Below, one piece after another: positions 36,960 through 50,600 of a DNA stretch of 64,000 bases. The notes under the pieces are model-generated. The model had not been told where the DNA came from, made no database searches, and was given only the letters and a program-made list of their open reading frames with translations. The position numbers and the translations under genes were made by a program. Every line of letters starts with the position of its first letter. Positions within the stretch are counted from its first letter, which is position 1. The stretch comes from Raillietiella orientalis (Eukaryota), in assembly GCA_036172245.1 (NCBI GenBank), contig JAYWIR010000031.1:744001-808000 (forward strand). The letters are read 5' to 3'.

Positions 36960-38050
36960 CTCATGCTGTGAATGCGCTGCCACGAAGCTGTTTATTTTTC
37001 ACTTCCACTCGTCTGCGCCAACTGGACGAATCCAGGCCAGCAACTTGGTAACCCTGCAGCCGGTGCCCGAGCGCTCGGGAGCAAGCCCCAGGAGAGATTG
37101 GTGAGTGGCTGGTGCGGTCCACGCTCGAGAGTCGAGCCACTCTTCCCGCCGGAGAGAGCTCGAGCACGCGGCGGCGCGACGCGCAAACCCGGAAGCCCGT
37201 CGTGATCGCGCGAGTCCGGGAACGCGGCCAGTCGGGAGCAGCGGTTGCCCACGCACGCGGTAGGCGCTGCTGGTCCGGTGCTCCTCGGACTGGCGTTCGA
37301 TCGGTTGCATCGCGAGCGGCAGGACAAAGTGCCGTCTCGTGTTTCCTGTGCTTCGGGGTTCCGTATCCTGGCAACCCCCCTCCCCCTCTCCTGTTCCGGG
37401 AACGGGAACCCGCTCCCTTCTTCGCGGGCTCGGGAGGATGCAACCGTCATTTTGCGCGCGCATCCCGTCGTGAGGAACGAGGGCATCTTCTCGCGCACCG
37501 GCTCGGCACCGTTGCGTTCCTTTTGCCGCCCGCCTCTCGACAGACAGACCGACCGCTGCACTCTCCGCTCCTGCTCGCTTGACTGAGTGGCCTTCGACGC
37601 GCGTGTCCGCAAGATGGTATGCGAGGTGTCCGCCGATTGTCTGCTTGCAACCTGGTCAACTGCAACCGTACTTTCCAAGTGCCGGGTCACATGATGCAGG
37701 CACAAAGGGAGCCGTCCTACCCCTCCTTCTTCTGCTTCTGCGTGCATGCGCGGTGCGCACGGTTCCTGCTTGGCAGCGTGCTGGTAGAGCAAGGTTTCTT
37801 GCAGGCCTGCGGATCGTCCGAAAGCGGCGCGTCAGGACCCCCCTCCCACACGTGAAGCCGGGCGGACGGGGGGACGGCCGACTCCGAATTCACTGCGTAT
37901 CCGGGAAGCGGTCGGCGATTCCTCTTCATCTTCAGTTGGCTGCCAACCTTTCTCGACGTCCCCTGCGTCGCCGCAGCAGCGAAGCAGTTGCTGCGGATGC
38001 CGATAAGCGGCACAGTGATGAGAGCGATCGAATGGCACCGATCGGCAGCA
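36960..38050. promoter_or_regulatory. CpG-island-like GC-rich segment
   Basis: Visibly high GC and CpG density (many cgcg), with overlapping uninformative ORFs in several frames. No function is demonstrable. Confidence 0.4.
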
Positions 38051-39022
38051 TCTCAAATTTCTCTCACTGTTGCTACCAATTCAGAGGCAGTACGGCACCC
38101 CTAGATGGATTTGAACAGCTCTCAAGGCGAGTGTGTATCTTCGAAGCAAACCGGGTGCGATACTTGTAGATGAACGATTCGCCTCCTGTAGTTTACGTGG
38201 CCATCACGGATGAAGAAACAAAAGGCACATTCGAATGTCCCGGACGGGAGTCAGGATGGCGTCTGCAGAATTAAAGCTCTAGGAGAACGAGTTCAACGGT
38301 TGGGAAAAGAGGCAATGCATGAGAAGTCCACTGCAACGCGGAAAGATAGTGCGGAGGACACGAAAGGGTTCCTATCCGCTCGCTTTGTTTCAGGACTCTG
38401 CGTGGCCATCTCTGAGAGGCAAACCCACGAGCCACATCGGCTCCTCGAAGCTACGAATCTCAAAGATGCATTCGAATTTCCATTTCCAAGTGACCTGAAA
38501 CTGTTTTTCTCTCTCTCTCTTTCCCTCTCAGATTCACGATGCGTGCACGAATCCAGTAGGTGTGCACGCAGATTCTGTTCCTGGCTTTGTATTCTAAGTT
38601 ACAAATTGAATTTATGTGATGCTGCTGATTTGTCTGCATTTTTCGGAGAAAAAAAAAAAAAAAGGTGACGTTGGGGTAATAAATCAAGAAAGCAACACGC
38701 ACCGGATGCTTAATAACAGCATCATGACATTTATTCGCAGGGCTGGAGCGCTTGTATCTGTGAGGAAGTACTTGCATCTGCTAATTTTGGAACCTTTCTA
38801 CCCGTTGGCACAAAATGACTCTTATCTTCTGTTTAAAAATTCAGAGGTCTCGCTTGCCCGTTAATTTCGACCCTAATTTCGACAGGGGAATTGGTAAGAG
38901 TTTCGAAGATACTCGAAACATCGAGATGAATTTTCCCGTCGCTGAAATTCTTCCAGGGTGTAAAGAACGTGACCTCAGCTGGTGTCTCGAAACACAACTT
39001 CGAAAGCTTCAACCAGCAAAGA

Positions 39023-39120
39023 CGAGGACTTGAGCCCGGACCAGCAAGTGAGGTGGGCGCTACCACCCAAATCCGTGGCCGTCTCTGAACTAACGACCGA
39101 CAGCAGAGTGTCTCGCACAT
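39023..39120 (+). repeat. ~95-bp direct repeat, partner at 43841-43945
   Basis: cttgagcccggaccagcaa..aaatccgtggccgtctctgaactaacgaccgacagcagagtgtctcgcacat aligns with cttgagcccgaaccagcaa..aaatccgtggccgtcgttgaactaaggaccgacatcagagcgtctcgcacat. Confidence 0.88.
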
Positions 39121-41861
39121 CCAGATTTCGAGAGCCTCACGGGAATATCTGTTGCAACTGAGACCGAGGATCACGTGAGCTCACAATAGGGTACAAAGAT
39201 GGATTGGGAGCGTCCAAGCGATGTGCAAATGAATCAGGAGATGCACGCGAAGGGTGTTTCAGACGCCGGCTGAAATTCCTCTCTGCGGCCTCACAGGGGT
39301 TACGAAAAAACACAAGATGGGATCTTCGAATAATCCAATCTGCAACGAATGGAAAGCTGCGGGCTTTATTGTTCTACCAGATTGGCCAGCAAGCGAATCG
39401 CGTCCGACGCATGCTGAAAGATATGGTTCACTTATCTGCGTCTGAGGAAGCCGAAGATGACGGATGCCTAGATCAGATCTGATGTTTAATCTGAAAATCT
39501 TCCACGGTCCGACTGGTGGTAATCTTCCATATATTTTTATAATTCATTCCAGAAGACTGTTGTTCGCAGGTTGTTTCATATTTGTACATATACATCGGGG
39601 AAGGAATTTAGAAGCAAAAAAAAATTCTTTTTCTCCTCGGTTGAGAAAAGATAAACTGAAGGGAAACGCAAGGGCAGCATTCGAGCTGAACCCCGGTCTC
39701 CTGAAAGCCATCAAGAAGAAGAAAAAAACGTGGTCTCAGGTGGATTCTCAGGTGTTCTTCGTCCGGGAACGATCTCGTGTTTTCAATACGTAATCAGAAG
39801 AAGAGAACTTTTTTCTTGTTGCCGCTGGGATGCGTTTATTTTCGGAAGAGGGCATTTGAGCGTTTGGATGATTCGAGCTGCAGAAGGAAGGGGAGGAGGC
39901 GGTCGGTAAAAAGAAAAAGCAATTTTTTTACCTGACGCCGTTCATTCAACTCGCTGGACGGGAGCGCCCTAAAAACACGAACTGACTTCGGAGGCGAATC
40001 GCAGATGACCCTTCAGAAAGGTCCATAGAATATGAAAAGGAGACTTCACACTTTCAATGTAGCCTTCGAAGAATCGGGCAAAGTGAACGTCTTCCTTCGT
40101 CAAAGCAGCTGTTTTCTCCTTCTATGGACTCGGGCATGAATAGTGTTTTGTCCCTGGCAGCGCATAATCCTAGAACCCTCAGAAGCTTCCATTCCTGATA
40201 ATAAACGATGAGCCGCTAATTTGCTGTAATTGAATGAAGCTGCTCGCAACTTGGAAGCCCTCACAGAACTGCCAAGTTCCTTAATGATTAATGAGCTCAT
40301 GCAACGATAATGAGATCGTTTTCAGAGCTTTGATTATTTAGCAATGATTTGAGTTCAGAATCCTCAATAGTGATCGCCTCTCCGGGAGCAGCTGAGACTC
40401 CGAAAAGACGAAAAAGACAGAAGTGAAAACATGAACTTCATATTCTGGTAACACTGCAGCCTTATAGAATACTGCATGCACAGTCACGGGCATCGGCCAT
40501 GCTGGACGGAAGCGTCGCTCATTCCTCTCTAGAATGGAAGTCATTGGAACGGCTGATGAAGAAGCCGAGGGGAAACGAATTTTGAAGGATCCAGGAAAAT
40601 CAATTTGGGAGGGAAACCAAGGACCCTCTAGAGATACAGGGATTTTGCGGACGCTTGACTCCATACTGGTCTGCTCATCATTTCCGACCAAAAGCACGGA
40701 AGACACCCCACGTTCACTCAGATTGCCCTCTCCCAGCTAGCACTCTCACGAATGGAGAGGCAGACACTCCGAGTTCACGTCCGCAGTCATTTTCGACTGA
40801 GAAAGCCCAGATCCCTCCTCCAGGATTCCGAAATTCCGATCACCCCATCTCCTTAGGTGAAAAGGAGAAAGGGGAATGGATCGATGAAACCACGGACAGT
40901 CAAATGAAAACAGTCCATACGTCGTGCCGCAAGGGAGAACCCGACCCATATCGGCTCCGCTGATCACTCCACGGAAACGCTCGATCCATCCCGTTGTGAA
41001 CTTCATGGGATGAAGATGGGAGGAAGGCTCCTGACACGCGCTCCGGGATCCTAGCTTGGAATGACTGGTGAGCAGTCTGCCGGTGAACAGGGAGGGCAGG
41101 CAACCGTTCACCACATGCCTGCAACGCCATAGACTAGAATATGCAAGGCGCCTCCTCACCTGCCGTTCTGGACTGATTTCGCATTTCAATGTTTTCTCTT
41201 CTCTCGCGCTTTCTTCTTTTTAACCTGGAAGGCGATTCTCTTGGACCGTCGCTGCGCGGTTGACACTACTGAAGGGCACCATTCGTATTCCTGAAATGTG
41301 AAAATATCTTCGGCAAGCATCGACTGTCAAAGGGCGTTCGGACATTTCAGATAATGGACCGAAGATCAGGAAATGGAATTTCTTCAAAGCAGCTGTTTCC
41401 TTTCGAAGACTACGGAGCTCTCTGATCGTTACGCCTCACAGAGGGAACTCTATGTGCCATCTCGCGGATAAAACGGGAAATCGCGACACGAGACAGACGG
41501 ATCTGCTTCCCTGGAAATTCAAACCGAGAAGAAAAAAAAAAAAAAAAGACGCGCCAAGAAAGGTAAATGGAAATTTGAATTCCATTTTTATTTTTCTTCT
41601 TTACTCCTCCTTTTTCAAATCTTCGTGTTTATGGAAGCCAGGCAGGAGTGCCGGTTGTCTGCAGTGCGTATGAGCAGTTGGGCATATACCACCTGTCATA
41701 AAGGGAGAAGCTCGAGTGCCCGTGTCATCTGGCTGAGAAGAACCACAACCAGATATCACGAGGACAGCATTGCGTTTTATATTGATTGGAGGCAGAGGAA
41801 ATACACACAAGGATGAATCAACCCCCGCTGACAAATCAATAGATGCAACGAAGGCGTGTTC

Positions 41862-41867
<6 letters not shown>

Positions 41868-41897
<30 letters not shown>

Positions 41898-41910
41898 GTG
41901 TGTATGTGTG
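41868..41910 (+). repeat. Compound (TC)n/(TG)n microsatellite
   Basis: Seen directly in the sequence. Confidence 0.9.
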
Positions 41911-43945
41911 TTTCTTCTTTTTTTTTTTTTCATTTTAAAAAGAACTAAGTGGTTTGAATAGGGGAGAAGGTTGTCTCCATCTGAACAAGCATGGTTCCAT
42001 GCATGTGGTTTCTCAGCATAGTTCACCGAAATCAGTCGGCTTCCTATTTCGCAGCATATCGTACCTCTCAGATCGTTCCGTGACTTTTCATGTGTGTTCT
42101 GCCACCCAATTTACTGGGGTGAGTGAGATCCACACACTCATCGTGGACAGCCAGTCACTTGCATCACAGGGTTCTCTATTGAGACTGGATCCTGAATCCG
42201 TGGCTGGATGACGAAGTGTGGTCTTCGCTCGTGGGACGGACTAACAGTCGTGCTTCTGATGAAGGAAGCATCTTCTTGAGAATCCTGCAGCAAGAGCTGA
42301 AAATCTTGCTGCTGGAATCGAACCGGACGGAACTGTCGACACGAATTCCCACTGGACACGGGCAGCATCTCTGTGGAAATGCCCTCGAGGATTCTCGAAA
42401 TTGTGTTCAGTAAGATTCAGACTATGACCTGCCCTGTCATATCAAAACGGTGGCGATAATTCGACCTTGGAGTATCAGTGAATCGAATTGCCAATTTTCA
42501 ATAATGAAAAAACTCTGAATTCTATCTCATAGTCTTCAATTTAAATGTACAGTATTATGTAAACGTTCGATCAGCTTTGTTCAAGAATAGTTTGATAACT
42601 ATTGTTATGTAACGAAATGTATTCGATTAAATAATCAAATCATATTGATTTACATCACAGTTGGAATTTTACATAGCACTCATAATTATGTCTTGGATAT
42701 AGGATTTTAGATACTCTTTGATGGACTCGCGGTCACAAGGTCACGGGAAGCACTGAGCTGACGACGCAAGATTGACGATACGATGAAATTTCCCTTGCGT
42801 TCCGGTGCTTCATCCTCTTTGCTGTCCAGTTTCCTCGCTTCCCATCAAAAACCTAAGAGTATTTTATCTTCGTTCTCGTCCTTTGCGCTGCAGGCTCGAA
42901 ACCTGCAGTCGCTGTGGTTGAAACGCTTTTTTCACTGTTTCAGAAAAAAAAAGAAATCTTGGCAGCGCACAGTTCTTTTGGCGTCTGAGACCACAAAGAT
43001 CCAGCCCGAGATGGTTGCTTTTTCTCGTTGTTACTATAGAGACCAACCACGCGTCCCGCTCAGTAATGAAACACTCCAAATCCTTTCGAACTTTCCGGAA
43101 CAGTTTTTTTTTCTTCTTATTTTTCAAGAATTTCTCTCTGCAGACGGGAGCCTTGCTCGTGGTGGTAAGGCAGGAAAATTGGCTCTCTCAAGAACCACCC
43201 TAAAAGATTCGCAAGCCAACTAGGCAGATCGAAAGGGTGCGTGCTGTGTGGATGCGCGGACAAAGACAATGGGGAAGAGGGAAGAAGTGGGCGTTCTAAA
43301 AAAACTCGTTAGTCGCAAGCCATAAAGCAACCTGATGCAGATTCCCTAATGAAGATGAAAAGTAACGAGCCGGAGGCTGCGGAATCGAAACTGGGAGAAT
43401 GAGAATCACTGAGAAGAGTTACCAGTAGGGGAAAAATAGTCCATGAAGGGCTCAAGAAGGGCTTCCAGATTTGAGCCGTTCCTCGCAAACAGCTCAAGGA
43501 TCGCACCACAAATTTAGGGCGCCTCGAAGTTGCTCCTGAAGAGTCAGTGGCTCGAACAAACCGCTTCGCGGGGCTGATGCTTTGCATCCCGCCTTCCTGC
43601 CTTTGAGTGCTCGTGGACGAAGATCAAACTCGTGAATTTCGAGTTTCCCACACGCGTGCCGTTTGATGAGGGAGTGCGCATCCTGAAGTGCGCTCACAGA
43701 GACCATGGAAAAGCCGCGACTGGAAGGCGCGAAATAAATGTAGAATCGAATCGCTTAGGCCTTAGAACTTGTGCCTGTGGCTGCGACTGCGATTGCCTCC
43801 ACCTTGGCAGCCATGCTGCTGCGGTCGCAGCGCGCGGTACCGAGGGCTTGAGCCCGAACCAGCAATCGAAGTGCGCTCCAGACCCTCTCACCTAAATCCG
43901 TGGCCGTCGTTGAACTAAGGACCGACATCAGAGCGTCTCGCACAT

Positions 43946-44690
43946 TGCGGCACGCAGTGCGGAGTCGAATCTCCGCGTGGAGGACGCCAGAGAAGTGGGT
44001 TCGTCGTAGGGTTCAAGTTCCCCCCGCAGGATGACGCTGGTTGGCTACGCTGGTGCCACTAGTGGTAGCCGGAAACCCCTGGATGCCTCCCTTAATCAGC
44101 CGGGATTGGAAGCTGACCCTCCGGGGTCCCTTCCAGAAATCAAAGGCTCTGGTTGTGCGAATGACCCTCCTTAGGTGGGGGAGGGGGCCATGGGGTCCAT
44201 AAACTGGTTGGACATGGGTTTCATAAACTGGTTCAGAAACTGGTTGGTACCTCTCCATAGTGTAAGAAATGCGCTGCTTCCTTCAGAGAGCGCCCTCATA
44301 GAAATTGGGAAGCGCCCCTTCGAGGTTCTCATCAGAGGAGGAAACAGAGCGGATTCTTTCTAGGAGTCCCTCCGGAGAAGAAATTTCAGGAGCGAATTCC
44401 TCCCGTATTCCCTTTGGAGAAGGAATGAGGAAGACCTGCTCCGCGGGACCGATCCCTCCGGCGAGAATAAGGAAGAGATTAAGAGGTTCCTTCTTTCGTT
44501 GTTCCCTACCAAGCGCAAGAGGAACAGACTTCTTCCTCCGCAGCTTTCCGGGATTCATAGGGTGGTCCCTTCCCTAAGCTGAAGGTTTACACTCTTTACA
44601 CTCACCCTCGGGTGGCGCAGAGAGCGCTAAAGGGCTTCGTGAGTCCTCCCTCCCCCAAGGGAGCGACTGGTTCTTCAGTACTCGACGACC
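43946..44690 (+). mobile_element. tRNA-headed SINE, copy D
   Basis: Degenerate head (gagtcgaatc, gggttcaagttcc), core ccgcaggatgacgctggttgg and gaccctccggggtccttccag, internal units, and a 3' part caccctcgggtggcg..ggttcttcagtact. Confidence 0.82.
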
Positions 44691-47600
44691 ATATATTCTG
44701 TGCTGCCTAAGTCGGTTTAGCTAAGAGGTAGACCAGTCGTTGGGGAAATCTGGAATTCGTTCCTCAAACCTTAAGGCAAATCAGATTCAACAAGAGGATC
44801 CAGTGATCAGAGATATCGAGGGATTTCTGGAGCTCTAGAGATAGCCGGAAACCAGAGAGAAAGATCCAGACCGAATTCCCTAGCAAAAACTTTTTTCTCA
44901 GAAAGTGAGCTGCTGGCCCAGGGACCTGGTCGCTGCAGGGTAGGCAATTCGTAGGCGAAAGTGGGGAAACCCTCAAAGCCTCTCTCCCTGTACCGAGACG
45001 GCGACCGGCGAACTCTCACTCTAAAGGAGCGTTCGGTTCTTTCTCACGGAAGGCGTGCAAGGGAAACCACAAGAACGAGACGCGAACGAAACCCCTTGAA
45101 GACTCCTTTACCAGCAATTTTGAAGCAGCTGAACTGCCCTCCTCCTCTTCCCGGAAGTTATTAACAAGATAGTGATCAGTGCTCCAGGAGGCAAATGTTT
45201 CCTCCAATCAGATCATCGGGCTGAAGACTCGAATCCTCGGAGGATCGCAGAGGGAAATGAATGGCAAGTTTTGATTTGATCCACTTAAGAAGTTTTAAAA
45301 GCCCGGTAACTATGGAAACATCGAAGGTACGGACGGAATCGCAGGCAGCCTGTGCACTTGGAGGCAGGGGCGTTACCAGCGTCGACCTTGTCTATCGCAA
45401 AGGGTTCTTCCTGGTCCTTTCAAAATTTGACTTTAAAAAAAGATTCCAAAACAGAAAGCATCTCTCTCATCTTCTGTTCGTTGGAAATTTTAGTAATCTT
45501 CAAAGACAGACGTACAAAAACAAAGTTTTGATTTTTTTTTTCTCTCTCTCACATTGGAATCATTTATTTTGCAATAGCTGCAGTCTACAAGTATACGTAA
45601 AAACATTTTGTACCAATTGTGCTGTTTTATTGTTTTCGATCTCTGCTTTCCAGCTTAAACAGTACAAGTGTATGAAAGACGAACATGGGACATTTTCAGT
45701 TTCCCTCCTTATAAACGGGAGCAGCAGCAAAAAGTCGTTGATTAAAAGTGACCGAAAATTCAGGGTGAAGTGGTAAACAGACACAGCATCGATACGTAAG
45801 GGCCTGTTCTATGGCCTTTTCTGGATCTGATTCCAAACCGGAAACTGCATCTGAAAATGCCGTTGATGATGACGAAGTTCCGAATGTAGAAAGAACCTCC
45901 ATCTAAGGTGAAATGTTTTACATCTCTAGGAGGCGATTTCAAGCTTCAGTGAAGACCAGCTGAAGACCAGCGCAATTACCCACCTCCTGGAAGGAATCTG
46001 GAATGTAGGGACAGTTTCTTCTCCAAACTTTGCTAGCGAGAGATCTCCAGTGCGGCGAACAACAAAGTTTTCAGAGGTGGAAAAAGTGGATGGATCCATT
46101 CAAAAGGAGGATTTACAGTACACAAGACAGCACCAAAGCAAAGAATTGGAAACGAGAAAGGAGAACGCGAAAGAGATCGGAAATGGTCTGTTGTTGATGA
46201 GAAATTGCAAAAGAGACTTGAAAGGACGTCAGAAGAAACACGACGGGACGGGAGGAACGAATTCCCCCTTTTTCGTTTTCCTTTTTCTTTTCTTTTTTTC
46301 TTTCCATTGCCAATGCTGATGGATTCTTCTTTTTTTCCCATTGTGAAACAAACTGCTGCATAGATTTCCGAGCACTTTTATGAAAATATTGTGAGCTAAA
46401 ATTTCGGTCAAGTCATCGGTCAATCCGATTGACTGATGGAAGCTTCCTCACGAAGGAAACATGACAGAGAGACACACCTAGGAAAAGCAAGTGGAACTTT
46501 GCAGGGATAGAATTCGATTCTTAAAAATAATTCTACCTCGGCATTCGACTTCTGTTTAATGGTTATTTATTCATCTTTGAAGCCACTCAATAAAAGAAAG
46601 CTCTTATAGGCTTCCATTTTGATGGTGCATCACGACGGGCACGTGTTAATCCCAGAAGTCAATGGTGTTCAGATTCTAAAAAATTGGTAATTAATTTTAG
46701 CACCTCCCTGTGGGCTTTAAATTTTTAAGAAAATCCATTATTGAGAAAGCAGAAAAGGGAAGAACGCGCCAGAAGGATCAGTTCACGGCATGGTCCCAAG
46801 CACCTAGAGTGGCGTGTAAATCGAGGCCTTCGTGTGCCACAAGCTGCCGCAGAACTCATGAATACACTCAACCACCCAACTTGAATCCGCGCACCTGCTT
46901 GTGTTCAGCACTCTGTTTCTGAATCTACATGTGCCGGATCAAAAGAAAGCTGGTCCTCCCAAGGAAAATTACCATAGCGACCAGTTGTGTTTCCTCAACA
47001 CCGAGATGCTTTCCAGGGTGATCCTAGAAAGCATCGAACTGAAGCATGAATGGTCCAAGTGCTGTTTCTGCTTCTTCGCTTCCGCTACCGCACAGAGATC
47101 GGAAACTTTTCAGAGTGCCCTCCGTGCTGCCATCTCGCTACGAACACTGGAATAAAAGTTTGAAACTCGGTCTTCACCTACACGGAGCTTTCAGAACCAC
47201 CGCGATTGCACCCGAAAAAGCGTCTCTTTTTCTTTCTTTCCTTCCTTTAGTAACAAGGACGCCAATACGTCAACTGGAGCGAAAAGTAAGGATGCCGAAG
47301 ACATCGGAAAATACTGAGACTGACTGGGTTGAGTGCTGGGTAATTAAGCAGAAACGGTAAAAACGATTCAGCCCCAATGCACTAAAAGTGAAGGGCGTTT
47401 AAGAATCGGTGGCAGAGCGTTTCCTGAAAAAGATCTCTCTGTTAGCACTCTAAAAAATAAAAAATGATGGTATGAATCCAAATAATAGATGAAATGAAAC
47501 ACCCACTGTTCCATCAGCAGGAAATGTTCTCCACAAAACTGATTTCTCAGATGTTGGGTGAGTCCCCAGCTGATTCTCGGAAGCCCTCCTCCTGAATAAA

Positions 47601-50600
47601 ACCCAATCAATCACTTCCGTGCCAAATCAAATCTTCATTGACACCTCTGCCTCGAATGAAATTCCTGCTCTTCAGAAAAACTTTCAGTCCTCCAGGTAGT
47701 GGCTCGAATACTGGCTCACCGACTTCTATCATTCCATTCTGTTCCATCCCCTGGCTATTTTTAATACGCCGCGGCTGCCGACTGGATGCCGGATTCGGGA
47801 GCAAATTTCCAAAGGGATGGGGGCACTTCGAGAATTGGTATCCGCTCCCGTTGCTCTCTGCTGCCTCGATCGTGCGCCACGTTTCTACACTTGGGATGTA
47901 CGAAAATAGATCGGGAACCTCCGTGCGAGGAGTCCCTGAACGGCGAAGATCCAGTCGCTGCTAATTGCAGGGAAAAAAGAATGCCAGGCAAAAAAATTGC
48001 ACTCCTCTTCAAGTCCCGACTGCTCCATGGAAACACGAGGAGGGGAAGAAACAATGAGGATGGTCGCGAGGATAAGACGAGAGGATGCTTTTGTCTGCCA
48101 CCGGGACTAGCTCTTCTCAAATGCCCTTCTCCCCCCTCGTTCCTCATCAGATGATTATTCCTGGATGTTCCAGGGAGGGAAACGGAAACGAGATTCTCAA
48201 AAACGAACCGCTTTCGAAATCGATGCAGTTGCCCAGATCAGGATCGAGCTGGAAGCTGCATTCTTAAGAGAGAGTGGCAGTGTGCAGGCTGCACCCCATC
48301 TTCGAATATCCTTCAGCGTGCGAGTCTTGTGACCATCTGTGCAAAGCGCTGCTTCTTTGCTTGCACTTGTGCGCTCCTGTGCTCGAGGATCCGACCTGCG
48401 TGTCGACGTCCTGGAGAGGTGTTTCCTTTTTATTCCCTCGCGTTCCCGCCACCTCCTAAGGCACACATGGCAAGACTGAACATGCAGTGGTTTGCTGCGG
48501 TGAACGCTCTTGTCCTCCCGTCCCACACTCATAAGGGCTCTTGCCCCACACTCCACGCCCAAGACGATCGCGCGTGGAGTCCCTGGGTTCCAGCAGCCCT
48601 TTAGAGGAACCCTTCTTTGATACAGGGTGCACAAATAGAAGGGGGGAGAGGAAAAGATCTCGTGTTGGATGACCACCACTTCAGTCTTCAGGTCGAACGA
48701 TTTTTTCTCTCGTTCCCTTAGTCGATTTCTTTCACCCTAGAACCCACGGTTTGTTCACTGTCTCCTGCCTTTACCGTGCGGTCGACACCCTCGCCGCGCC
48801 GTTGTACGAATGGACAAAACTGCCGCTGGCGGTGGTTTTGGATGTATCTCGTCTTGTGCCGCTCATTTTCGGCACCGTTCGATCGCTTCCTTGTCTTCCG
48901 GCCGTTTCCTATTGCGGCCAGCAAGTCGAGTCGAGTCTTGGGTCCCAATGCGCAGACCGTAGGCCATCTCCGGAAAGCAGGAAGCGCGACGCGCCATCCC
49001 GCTTCTTGCGTTCCGGAGAATTCCCGGGAAATTCCTTTCCTGGAATCCTTATCCCACTCTCTCCTCTTCCACATCGCCGTCATTAACGCCTTCGTCATCA
49101 GCCTTTGCCAGGGTCTGCGAAGCCCCACGTATGGTATGCCCTCTCCTGGTCTCCGCTCCTTTGTGTTAGAAAAGGGTTCTCCATGACTCTTCATCGCTCC
49201 CGGTCCGATCGTGCTTCTGTTAAAATCAGTTGCGGTTCTCCCCCGTACAACGAGACGAAGGTCGGTTGCCTCCCCCCTCGTTTGTTCAGTGCCTCCTTTT
49301 TTCCATTTACGATTCCTCTCCTACACCGTGCTCTGTTGCCGCCTCTGATACTGACCTGTGATCGTGCCGACGGCAGCCACCGTGCTGCCGCCTCGATGTG
49401 CACGTGCATGATGACGTACACTTGTGAGCAGCTGACCATGTCACGGCCCGCCGCCTGTTGGAATCGCGAGCGATAACAAGAGAGATCACCAGGATTGCGA
49501 ATGTCAACATGAGGACGGCTGCTAGGTGGCCTCATCTCAAAGTTGTGATCTCCGGCATCCAGCGCCGGTTCTGAAAGGATGGAACAGCCGAAGTCAAAGA
49601 CCTCTTGTCCCCTATCCCACCCCTCATATCTATTTTTTGTATTTTTTTATATATGTATTTGCGGTTTTTACCCTCCCGTTCCGGACTTTCTGTATGCCCG
49701 ACCTGCGTGTCGGGCAGCCCTCCCCACGAACTTCTTTTCACTTTGTTTGGAAACTTTGTTCCCGGATGGTTTGTTCTTTCCTAGAATAAACGCCCCTGCG
49801 CGACCGGATGGAAAGCAGCTCGCCAGATGCAGTGATGCCTGCAAAACGTCTGTGAGAGGAAAGGGCTCGCGGTTTCCCGTTGCCCGCACTCGTTCGTAGT
49901 CTCGGTCGATTCTCGAGAGGTGAGCCGGGAGGATGGAGGAGTCTGGACATGGAGGAGTCTTACGAATTTCGTCCTGGGAGATACACCCGGGAGCACACCC
50001 GGCCCACTTTTCAAAAACTGAGTTTCCGCTGGCAAAGGAGCTCTCCCGGTTGATGCTCCTCTCCGCCTTCCCTGGCGTGCCGCTTTCGTTCCCTGCCGTA
50101 AAAGTCGGTATTCCGGCCGCGTCGCCGAGTCCCTCCGCATTCCGAACACCTCCGCCAGCAGAGTAAATGGATTTCCCTAAGCGGGCTTTGTCATCCCGTC
50201 CGTTAGGTTAGGACCTGGTAGGATGGACCCGTGCCAACGTAACAACAGGAGGCAACCAAAACCTGGGAAGAGTGGCAGTGAAGAGGAATCCCACTCTAAA
50301 CGAGAGAATGAGTCGTCCGACGAGAGCAACTTTGCCTTTCGCGGTGCGCTTCTTCATTCTCATTGCTTTCCGTTGTAGTTTTCCGCAAGCATCTCCGTGT
50401 TCAGCTCCGGCGAACCGATCCTAACTGGTTCGGTAAGCTGCCTCCACTTCAATTTTTTTGTGCTTTTTAATCGCCTCTTCGTCTTCCTGTTCCTCGGCCA
50501 CTGGAAGAAACAATGGCAGCCGTGTCTCTCACTCCTGCAGCGACGCCCTCATCATGAGATGAAACAGAGCCGCACCCTTGTCTCAAGAGGATTGGCAAAA

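Noticed and set aside
36961..38169. Long ORFs (266, 196 and 160 aa) as genes
   Set aside because: They overlap on both strands, are Arg/Ala/Pro-rich with no domain, and are expected from high GC content.
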